Below, piece after piece: positions 50,915 through 61,184 of a stretch of 64,000 nucleotides of DNA. The DNA is from Podarcis erhardii (lineage: Eukaryota). The stretch is taken from NCBI GenBank assembly GCA_964252035.1, contig OZ176200.1. One strand, 5' to 3'. The first letter of the stretch is position 1. Each line of letters opens with the position of its first letter. The notes below the pieces were generated by a model that worked only from the letters and a program-made list of their open reading frames with translations, was not told where the DNA came from and searched no databases. Both the position numbers and the translations under genes were made by a program.

Positions 50915-51254
50915 ATGCCAAGAGACAAAATGGGAGAAGGCAAGAGGGGAGCAGAGCATGGAATGGGGGAAGCCCGCCGTCCTTGAAATTGGGATGAGCC
51001 TTCCTTTGAAAATATAGGAAGTGTCAAGATTTAGCCAGGTTTACACATGTCCTATGTTGAAATCCTAGAATGAGCTGTAGAACAAGGTAACAGATTCCAC
51101 AGCCGGCTCAGGACACCTTCCTCCACTCAAACAGCCCGCTGTGACCTCTTCAGGGAAGGAAATTCCTGCCCCCCCACCAAATCAAGGGCTGCATTATCAT
51201 ATAGGCAGCCTTCTAAGGGCCACAGGCCAATGGTGGGCAGAGCCAGAGGTAAAA

Positions 51255-52060
51255 CAGGGAACCAGGCAGAGGGCCTTCTCAGAAGTGGCACCCTCCCTGT
51301 GGAACACCCTCCCATCAAATGGCAAGGAGATAAACAACTCTACAACTTTTAGAAGACATCTGAAGGCAGCCCTGTGTCGTGACCTGGCAGGACAATGGGG
51401 AGAAGGAAGAGGATCCCGGCGAGGGGTGTAGCCAGGACTGGGAAGCACTGGGGCAAGCAGGGGATGGAGAGATTGGTGTAGGGGTGACAGAGGAAGGCGG
51501 GGGGATGGGAGTCAGTGCACAGGACCCATCACCAGAACCAGAGAGGGCCCTGTCTCCACAAACACGTTGAGCTCTGAAGCATAGGTAGCTGCGGGCAGGA
51601 GGCTGAGGCTAGCAAGGCCCCACAGCCCAGCTCCCTAGCTGGCCAGGTGGAGCTCGCCAGCTCTGGGAGGAGGTGTGTGATTCCTCAGCTGGAGTAGGCT
51701 TACAACAGGTGAGGGTCACCTGCCTCATCAAGCCCAGGTGCTGCAATCAGCAGGCAAAGTACAAAAGGGAAGCAGAGCTGAGGTGCTAGGTCTCCTCAGT
51801 TGCCCATGTTGATAGACTTCAGCTTGGGTGTTCCAGGATCTCTGTGGGACTTGGGACTTCCAACACATGGATTGACCCTGGACTTGACATGCTCTTTGCC
51901 AGGTAGGCCAGGGATTCAGAACCCCCTGTATTGGGAGGTTTTTAATGTTTGATGTTGTATTGTGGTTTTTATATGTGTTGGGAGCTGCCCAGAGTGTATG
52001 GGGCAATCCAGCCAGATGGGTGGGTTATAAATAATATAATATATTTTTTATTATTATTAT
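51255..52060 (+). mobile_element. L2 3' end split by a 0.55-kb LTR-like insertion (about 51375-51924)
   Basis: L2 runs ...AGAAGACATCTGAAGGCAGCCCTGT, stops, then resumes CCCTGTATTGGGAGGTTTTTAATG at about 51924. The intervening sequence starts TGTCGTGACC and is purine-rich like lizard Gypsy LTRs. Confidence 0.65.
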
Positions 52061-53198
52061 TTATTACTGGGTAAAGCAAGAAATGCAAGTTTTACCATTG
52101 CACAGTAGGGTAGGTTCTGCACATGCTCTCTTTCCTCCTTCCAGACAAGCAAGAGAAAAGAGTTCAAGGATACATTTGAGCCAGGGAACAATGTGCCAGA
52201 AGGGCATGGCATAGAACTGGTGAGGGGTGTGGCTTGGGGAAAGGGGCAGAGAAGAGGGTGGGGGCTGGAAAAAGCCTCAGGTTCTCCATCCCTGCCTTAG
52301 GGTATGTCCCCAAATTCCCACCTTTAAGAAAAGAGATGGGTTACAAATTGTAACTGCTGGATCCAACTCCCGTGGAAGAGTTTCCCCAGGAATCTGTGCA
52401 TAGGAAGCAATGAGAAAATCCAAGACTGATTCCTATTTGTAGAGACAGCCCTAAAAAGGAAAAGACAACACCCATAAAACCAAGTTTGGGATGTGGGTGT
52501 ATACATGCATCTGAATTTCCCTTCTCTCATATTTTCACAGGAGGTTGGTGTTATTTAGTTTGAATAAGCTGAAGTGATGAATTTCCTCTGGGGAACACGC
52601 CAGCCTTAAGACGATTTTGGCCTCATTTTTCTTTTCCTTTTTTTATCATGTGTATTGTAATAGGAAAACATTTGCTTCTGCCCTGGAGAGCTGCAATTTA
52701 TCTTCAGACAGGGAAATGACAAGATATTTTGAGGATGGGGGGAAAGAAGGAGATGGTTAAAAAAATAGATGTCAGTTATCAGGAGCTGCCTTATACTGAG
52801 TCAGACCATCTGTCTGGGGTGGCAGGCAAACATCTCTCCCATCCCAGCCTGCTTTCAAATGGAAACTTGGGGGGGGGTCTGTACTCTGAGGATCTGCTCT
52901 GCAGCTGAACAAACTCTATGGGTCCTTCTCCATCCCCAAGGACGGCCTTTATCAAGTAGCTTTAGAGGGGACCTTCACGGCACAAATGGAGATCAATGGA
53001 AATAAGCAGAGCCAACATCTAACCAGTCATAGATCAGAGAGCCCGTGCAAACCAACACGCCATCTTTTGTCCTGTCCTTACCAGAGAAAGGACAGGCGCC
53101 CTGAATATTTTCATTTTCTTTCTTATTGCATTTGTATCCCACCTTTCACCCAAGCAGGTCAAGGCTGGTTTAAATGGTTTTCCACATATATATATACA

Positions 53199-53459
53199 CC
53201 GTATTTTTCGCTCTATAAGACGCACCAGACCACAAGACGCACCTCATTTTTGGAGGAGGAAAACAAGAAAAAAAATATTCTGAATCTCAGAAGCCAGAAC
53301 AGCAAAAGGGATCGCTTTGCAGTGAAAGCAGCAATCCCTCTTGCTGTTCTGGCTTCTGTGACAGCTGCGCAGCCTGCACTCGCTCCATAAGACTCACACA
53401 CACATTTCCCCTTACTTTTTAGGAGGGGAAAAGTGAGTCTTATAGAGCAAAAAATACAG
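53199..53459. mobile_element. Tc2/pogo-like MITE with central hairpin
   Basis: TIRs CCGTATTTTTCGCTCTATAAGAC / GTCTTATAGAGCAAAAAATACAG; right TA, left CA. Confidence 0.85.
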
Positions 53460-53469
53460 TACCTTCAAA

Positions 53470-53578
53470 ACAACCCTGTGAGTTAGCTTAGGCCGAGACC
53501 AAAGATCGCCCAGTGGGAACTTGAACCCTGGCCTCCAGGGTCCTAGTCCAACACTCTAAACACTACAACACGCTGGCT
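53470..53578 (-). mobile_element. tRNA-derived SINE head (Squam2/MIR-like)
   Basis: Antisense GCCAGCGTGTTGTAGTGTTTAGAGTGTTGGACTAGGACCCTGG...GGGTTCAAGTTCCC. Confidence 0.6.
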
Positions 53579-53844
53579 GTCCATCTTTCTCCTGCCTCAT
53601 CTTCTTGAAGGCTTCTTTCTTCTCCCTGCCCTTTAACCGCAACAGTAGCAGACTTCATCATGCTACTTGCTTCTCTAATGGGTCTTTCCCCATTCTGTTT
53701 CTTTAAAAGTAACCCATGTAGCAAGACCTCCCAAAAAGTGCACCACAAAGCAATTGGGAGCAGCTCTTGTGGAATAATCTGCCATGTGGCATGAGAGGAA
53801 GAGCCATAATTGATGTATTATCTCCCAAGTCCGTGAAATAAATA

Positions 53845-54555
53845 ACAAATAATAATATTTTTTTATTTATACCCCGCCCTTCCCGGTTCAGAAAACCGGG
53901 CTCAGGGCAGCTAACAACAAATTTAAAGCACTTAATTGATGCAACAAAAAACAGCATAAAATACAGTATAAGACATGAATAACAATAAATTCAGAATTCA
54001 AAAATCAGTTTAGGGGGGAAATCCATCCAATAAACATTAGATGATTACCAGGGCTAGCTGGCTAAATTAGTCCTATTTGGGCCAGCAAGGAGACCAGGGG
54101 AGAATTAGCTGTGGGATCCCAGAGTGGGTAATCTTCATAAAAAGGGGAGGGGGAGGGCAGGAAGGGGAATAATAGATCAGGCTAAGTTCAAATTGAAAGC
54201 CAGGCAGAATAGCTCTGTCTTACAGGCCCTGTGGAAGGAAGTTAAATTCTGCAGGGCCCTGGTCTCATGGGACAGAGCATTCCACCAGGTCGGAGCCATC
54301 ACTGAGAAGGCCTTGGCCCTGGTGGAGGATAATCTGATTTCCTTAGTGCCCAGGACCTCTAAACTATGGTTATTCATGGACATTAAGGTCCTCTGAGGGG
54401 CATACCGGGAGAGACGGTCCCATAAATATGAGGGCCCTAAGCCACAAAGGGCTTTAAAGGTCAAAACCAGCAGCTTAAACCTGACCCGATACTCCACCAG
54501 GAGCCAGTGCAACTGGTAAAGCACTTGGTGAATATGCTCCCATGGCAGGGACCCC
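53845..54555 (-). mobile_element. L2 LINE (second family): ORF2 C-terminus, long 3' UTR and terminal stem-loop
   Basis: ORF EHIHQVLYQLHWLLVEYRVRFKLLVLTFKALCGLGPSYL...RAKAFSVMAPTWWNAL; 7-bp stem CCCGGTT/AACCGGG (53882-53900) before the tail. Confidence 0.9.
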
Positions 54556-54569
54556 ATGAATAAATGGGG

Positions 54570-54770
54570 AAAGGCTCAGATGCCTCAGTGATAGAGCATC
54601 TGTTTTGCATGCAGAAGGTCCCAGGTTCAGGCCCTGGCATTTCTAGGAAAGGCTGGGGGAGACCCCCTCCTGGATAAAGGCCTGAAGAGCTGCTGCCAGT
54701 CAGTGCTGCCAGTTATGGACTAGATAAGCCAATGATCTGGCTCAGTAAACAGTAGCTTGCTTTGTTCCTG
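54570..54770 (+). mobile_element. Squam3-like tRNA SINE
   Basis: CTCAGTGATAGAGCATCTGTTTTGCATGCAGAAGGTCCCAGGTTCA head and GCTGCCAGTCAG body. Confidence 0.72.
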
Positions 54771-56628
54771 TGAATGGGGGGAGGGGCACGTTGATCACCT
54801 CTCTAGGATGCATTTTGTGATGTGAACTGCTGAAAGGATTTGACTTGAATGTGGCAAACCATATTTAAGTGTGGGGGGAAAATCTCTTGAAGGAAATGCA
54901 TTGTGTCAGGTCCTGTCTAAAAAAATACTACGTTCAGCTGGTTGTTGAAATGCATTTCTTGGTGTCATTTTTTGGCAGGTTTGTCACAAAAGGGCAACTG
55001 ATTTTTATCAAAGGCCAACCACTGACAATGTTGTTGGCTCAGCTCTGCCTTTCGAGGCGTCGAAGAGGTTCTTTCTGTTCTATTTGTGATCAATAGAGGC
55101 AGCGTTCTACATAATATCTTTAAAATATTTCTATCTCTCCCTTCCGCTTCTTTCAATGCCTCCTCTGTCACTCTTGTAACACTGTCAAATGCATGATTTA
55201 ACTAACAGAGTCATGGATGTGAGGAGAATTTAAATATCTACTAGGAAGAAAGTTAAAACAGCATTTTAAGGTACAGCTTTAATATCACATGAACTCTTCC
55301 GCAGATCAGAATTTTATGTTGCTACATCCCAAACCTGTATATTTATTCAGAGGAATGACACACATTGCCATCTCGGTAAATGGATTGTCGTTTAGAAGAC
55401 ACATGCCTTGGATGTTTTAGGTGTGTAGATTAATAAAATAATCCCTAACCTCACAGGCTCTTTCTTCAGGATATCCAAAGTATTCTCACGTGAACAGGTA
55501 GATGCGTTAGTCTTTTGCAGCAAAACCAACAAAAGGCCTCTAGTGTCTTAAAGATTCATGTAAACAATGGCATTGGTTGTTGCGGCCACAACCACTGTTT
55601 AATAGAGCTCACATTTAATTGGTGAATGTGATTGTTAACAGAAAGTTTTTTCAAGCCAATCCTCAGATCCTGAGAGTATCCTTGTGATTGAATGTAGAAA
55701 TGGTTGTCTCTGAGTGCGTTATGAATTTTGACGGCAGGGAGTCTTCTAAAGATCCCTCACTGTGAGGTAAAGCATCTTTTCCTAATGAGTTAATGGGTAA
55801 TATCAGTATGCACTTAGCTTTGTAGAACTGCAAGGGAAAGAAGTGTGTGGATCATGCGATATGTTGCTTTTTATAAATCATGTGAACCACAGACACAGCT
55901 TTCCATTGTTCCGAAGGGCACGCGTATCCCTATAAAGTATCCTATTCAATGAGGTCACATCATGCATGGCTTGCTTGTTTTGTTGTTTAAGTAAACACCT
56001 AAGTTTTTTTTTTAATAGGATGTTCGTTTTGTTTGCGTGAGACACATAAGTACATTCCCTGATCTTCTCTAACATGACCACAAATCCTCACAACATCCTG
56101 TGCAACAGCTTACAGGATGGCGATGTGGCTTTGAGAGGGATGTCTTCATTTTTTTCCCTAACAAAGGGTCTCTGAAGACTGTTGTTTTACTGTGGGTGCA
56201 TCCTGCAACGTATTCTTGAAACAATAACGGGGCCAGTGGAGGATTTGGGGCTCTCAAATTTCAGTGGCACCCTGTACAATGCTAACATTTGGCACACCCC
56301 TCCCCCTGCCTCTCTCACTCCATTCTAAGCACCCTCTGCAGACCACGCTTCCCTAAAACCACCTCTGACGGTGCTCTAGTGGTGTGCTTATTCTGCTTTC
56401 TTAGCTGTTCTGCCATGCTTCCTCAATGCTTTATTGCTGGCCAGACAGTCTTGTAGCACAGTAAAAGAGGGACGGAAAAACCACAGAACATCTTCAGTTA
56501 CTGAATTCAGCAGGAAGTTTCAGGATATGTACTGATTGGAACTAAAGCAACATGACCACTGCAACAACCTTTGAAGGCACAAATAGTATTGAAAGCAAGA
56601 TCATGCACCTTGAGAACAATGCAAAGGA

Positions 56629-57301
56629 TAACCCTCCCTCCTAAGAAAGAATCGTTGCAAATTACTGATTACAAGCAGGAGGACTAAGAACTGTGTGGAA
56701 ATTAATTACTAATCAAAGATATGGCTTGTGGAACATCGAGAAAAGAAAGAAGTTTCTTTGTGACGCAGTTAGAAAAAGAGGCTGTTATGGCAGATCCATC
56801 CGCAGAAGGATGGGGAGGAGGACTATGGCCGGAATGTTAGTTCGGCCTAGCAGGGCCCCCTGAAAAAAATTTATGAGAGCGGCAGGTCTGTGGAAAACAG
56901 AACACACTGTGGGAATTGTTTTGTACGGAGTGTTGAAATGATGTCTGTTTATTTTGATATAGCTCTTGGACGAATGTAAAAGCCACACAGGATATAACAA
57001 CGTTTGTTTTCAACCCGCTTGTGGAAACTATCAGAGATCACAAAGAAAGGAATATATGATAACAACAAGAAGATGAGGAAAATAGCAAAGAGAAGATTGA
57101 ATAGAACTGTGACTATTATTTGGACAGAACTATGTCATCAAAGCAGCAGCAAGAGAGATATTTGGATCCCGTTCGAAGCTGGAAATATGGGTACCCCCAA
57201 CAAAAAAATTAAAAATTTGGCTATGTAATTTGGAATTGATGTGATTTGGAATTAATGTGATATGATTGACCTGTTAATAAAAATTATTTTCAAAAAAAGA
57301 A
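56629..57301 (+). mobile_element. Unidentified retroposed-type insertion, 673 bp
   Basis: Exact 17-bp direct repeat GAGAACAATGCAAAGGA at 56612-56628 and 57302-57318; AATAAA at 57276-81 and an A-rich tail (57292-57301) before the right repeat. Confidence 0.7.
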
Positions 57302-58369
57302 GAGAACAATGCAAAGGACATCTCAAGGGCTCTCTGATTTCCATTAGCAAACGAGTCTGGAGAAGGGAAAAGAAAACCTTCACCAAAAATTCCCATCTTT
57401 CTCTCCCAAACATTCTCTTCAAAATCCAAATCTCAGAAAGTCCCCAATTAGGTCCTGTTCAAACATGAATCTGAATTGCCAATGTGTGCGTCACCCACAT
57501 AATCAAACAGTGAAGCTGCACATACATTATTATTCCTTTATAGATTTCTATCCGCCGCCCCCTTTTTTTGTAAAATTTCAAGGCGGCATAATAATAAAAC
57601 CCCATAACAATCGCATTACATCAAAGGTTAAAAGGGCAACATCTGCAAGTTAAATGAGTCATTTGGTACTATTTGTCATACCTATGAATTAGCTTAATGC
57701 AGTATTCTATATAATATTTCATTGAATGGATTTGCAATCCATTATTCCAAGTTGTTCAGAATGACTAGTGCAGCACCTCTGCTTTCAGTGTGACAGAAAT
57801 CTATTATGTATTTGGTACAGCGGGACTGTATGTGAACTGGGTTTTTTTAACATGAAAATGAAGTTCACGTTAATTTGAGAAAGCTGTTACAATGCACTTC
57901 AAGTACACTAAAACGTTTTACTTGGAGGTGTGAATATTATCACTGTACTTTCCAGGCAACGGAGACAATTGCCTAAAAGAAACTGAAAACAAGGCACATT
58001 TTAACACCCAAGTGCTATATCCTGCATCAAAAGGTGTTGTATAAAAATGCTTAATGTTGAGCCCAATCCATTTGCTAAAAGATAAACTGGATTTTGGTTC
58101 ATGTCCTTCAGACTATTTGCGCAACGATGTCAGCAAGAGTGTCTTTTCCATTAATCTCCAAGGGTGGTTTTAACTGGAGATTCTGGAGACTACCTGGAAA
58201 ATTCCTGAGCTATGATCCCGCTACATAAAGTAATCTATTGTAGGAATGACCCATGTGGTGCTCTTGGAACCTGTGTGATTCCTAATGTGCTTAGGCTCCA
58301 CATGACACACTACTCCCTCAAGGGGGCAAGCTTGCCATAATTGATGCACCAGTCATGTGCAATACTGGA

Positions 58370-58596
58370 TTCTTCACCATAATCCGTTCCGGAGGTCCGT
58401 TTGTAAACTAAAACAGGTTGTAACCCAAGGCGTGCTTTCACCATTGGGGCCTCCAAATTTTTTTTGTTCGTAATCCCAAAAAAATGGGTTGTAATCCAAA
58501 AAAAGGTTGCAAACCGGAACACGCACTTCTGGGTTTGACGTGTTTGTAATCCAAAATGTATGCAAACCAAGACATATGCACACCAAGGTACTGCTG
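58370..58596. mobile_element. Tigger-like MITE, eroded at the left end
   Basis: ATCCGTTCCGGAGGTCCGTT internal motif and right end CCAAGGTACTGCTG|TA. Confidence 0.6.
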
Positions 58597-59144
58597 TAAT
58601 TGAATTTGACAACTGTCATTATAGATGAGAAATGGTTTCCTAACCGTTACAAAAGGGTATGATGGCTGTTTTCATGATTGCCAAGTACTTAGTGTGGGTT
58701 ATGGTTGGGGTATTTTTCTGCTTTACACCAACATTCTAGCACAAATGAACCTGTGGAATTTTCATGGATTACAGGGCCAGCTGATAACAAAGGTCAATAA
58801 ATTATTATTTTTAAATATACTTATAGAGCTGGGGGAAAGGAAAAACTTGACATTTGATGAGAGGGTATTCCAAAGGGTGGAAACTTTGTTAGGCTGTGCG
58901 AAGGAGCCATAGAAGTCCAAGTTGCCTCATAATACTATTTTATTCTTTCGTGTCTTGAAGTACTTATTTTGTTTGAACAAGTTTTTGGTACAGGTTTATA
59001 GCATGCTAGGCCATGCAACATGTGCGTGGGTGAATGATTTTGATAAGGAAATTCACTTCAGCATGATAACCGAAAATTAGAAGCTAAACATATGCATGAT
59101 GCATTTTTTAAAGCACAATTTTAAAGCGATATAAACTAAAGTCA

Positions 59145-59345
59145 CTTCTGGGGCCCCTCCTGAAGCTTAAGGAATACCCTCCTGTCAGATGTCAAAGAAA
59201 TAAACTATTATCTGCCTTGTAGAAGACCTCTGAAGGCAACCCTGTATAGAGAAGTTTTTAATATTTGAGGCTTTACTGTGTTTAATTATTTAATTTGTTG
59301 GAAGCCGCCCAGAGTGCCTGGGGCAACCCAGTCAGGTGGGAGACA
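59145..59345 (+). mobile_element. L2 LINE 3' end
   Basis: CCTGTCAGATGTCAAAGAAATAAAC...TGAAGGCAACCCTGTATAGAGAAGTTTTT...GGAAGCCGCCCAGAG. Confidence 0.8.
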
Positions 59346-59483
59346 AACAAATGCAGGCATGCTTCAATAGTTTAACAGTAGATCTGCCCCTGCTCTGGGC
59401 CTTGAATGGTTGGGGTGGTGGAAAAACATGTGTTAAATGTAGTCACTAATTCAGTTCCTGATGTAATTTCTGTTCCTGCATCT

Positions 59484-59832
59484 AGGCTAAGGTTGAAACC
59501 TTTTCCACCCTGAAGGCCACATTCTGGGCAACGTCTAAGGACCTTGAGCCTGTGGTGGACCAGGCCAGAGGCAAAAGTGTTTTAAGCAAGAGATGTGGGT
59601 GTTACCTTTGTAGAATAGGCTAATTTCTTCACACTCACACCTCCCTCCCTGGCCTCCAGCCAAGCAGGAAGCATGGTCAGAGTTCAAGGACTCATTCCTG
59701 CCAGGTGAAAACACTCAAGGAGGGTGCAGAGCAGGTCTGGTGAGGGGGTGTGACCTGGGCAGAATCCCAGGGGCCATATAGAGGGACCTTGAGGGCCACA
59801 CTTGGCACCCAGGCTTGAAGTTTCCCATCTCT
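59484..59832. mobile_element. Degenerate hAT-like element (relatives at about 43660-43870 and 52170-52295)
   Basis: Shared CAGAGTTCAAGG...GCCAGG...GGGGTGTGGC blocks in three places; eroded TIRs. Confidence 0.45.
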
Positions 59833-60910
59833 GATTTATGCTTCCAATTATCAGAATTTCATAAGTATATCAATATGATACCTATGCAGGGTGGGAGAAT
59901 CAAAATTAGTGTACAGCTATTCATCGTCTCTTCTTCCCTTCCTGCTTCCAATCAGAAGGAAAAGATAGTTGCAGGAAAGCAATGAAAGAACGATCAGCAG
60001 GCGCAATGACTGATTACTAAGGTGTCCTGTTAATCGGCAGTGTAAAATATAATGAGGTTGTTATTAAAGCCTGCTGCTATCTTCGGGCCAGCATTATCCC
60101 AATTGGATTATGCAGTCATGTACTTACAGAGCAGCGACGGTTGCTTTGTGATTTTTAACTGCTTGAAGGATAAGTAAAATGGAAATCATAAATCACTTGC
60201 TGGGAACTTTGAGCTGGGCTCTGCTCCCTTTGGAGTCGATGAAAGTTTTTTGTGGTTTTTTTGTTGCCTTCCGTATCAATGAGAAAAGAACAGAGCCGTT
60301 AGGATGCCAGCACAAGAGATTTATTCTAGTAATAAGTTCAGGAGACAGTTTTCCAAGCAGCAGGAGTGTAAGAGATTCATCTTCTCTAAATCAGTAATTA
60401 TATGTGCACACACACACAACCCCCTCAGATTCATAAAAAGGACTAGGAAAAATGTTATTGGGAAGAGAAAGAGAAACAAATTATATTGGGCAGGGGAAGG
60501 AACATGGCAATGGCGACTGATAAGATTTAAATTGTCCCATCCTGTGGCTTCAGGGCTATTTGGACAAAATCCCTCCCAGGAACTCATTTGAAAGTGCACA
60601 TGACTTAGATATTTCTACAAGGGCAGCTGTTTACACCATCCAAAATGCAGCAAGAGTAGGTAGGAAGTAGTAGGAAAACGGATCATCTTATCTAGCCATT
60701 AACATGTCCAATATTACAACTGAGAAGTAACAACTTCAAAAAAAAAAAGTACGCTTGTACAGAAAGGAAGAGCAAGAGAAACATAGGGTGCTGTCTTAGA
60801 CCACACCCATCTAGCTCTGTATTGTTCCTATTAACCAGCCAACATTTCAGACAAGAATTCCGGTCCTACCTGAAGATGCTGAAAAGTAGTCTTAATTGAA
60901 GCTGTGATGG

Positions 60911-61184
60911 CTGACAGAGCCGGCGTACAGCTTCTGGGTCATGTGGCCAGCATGACTAAGCCGCTTCTGGTGAACCAGAGCAGCGCACGGAAACGCCATT
61001 TACCTTCCCACCAGAGCGGTACCTATTTATCTACTTGCACTTTGACATGCTTTCAAACTGCTAGGTTGGCAGGAGCAGGGACCGAGCAACCAGAGCTCAC
61101 CCCGTCGCAGGGATTCGAACCGCCGGCCTTATGATCAGCAAGTCCTAGGCTCTGTGGTTTAACTCACAGCGCCACCCGCGTCCC
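60911..61184 (-). mobile_element. Sauria SINE lacking its 3' tail
   Basis: Intact 5' head (revcomp GGGACGCGGGTGGCGCTGTG) and core; sequence stops before the GAGATGAG/ACCTTT tail. Confidence 0.88.
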
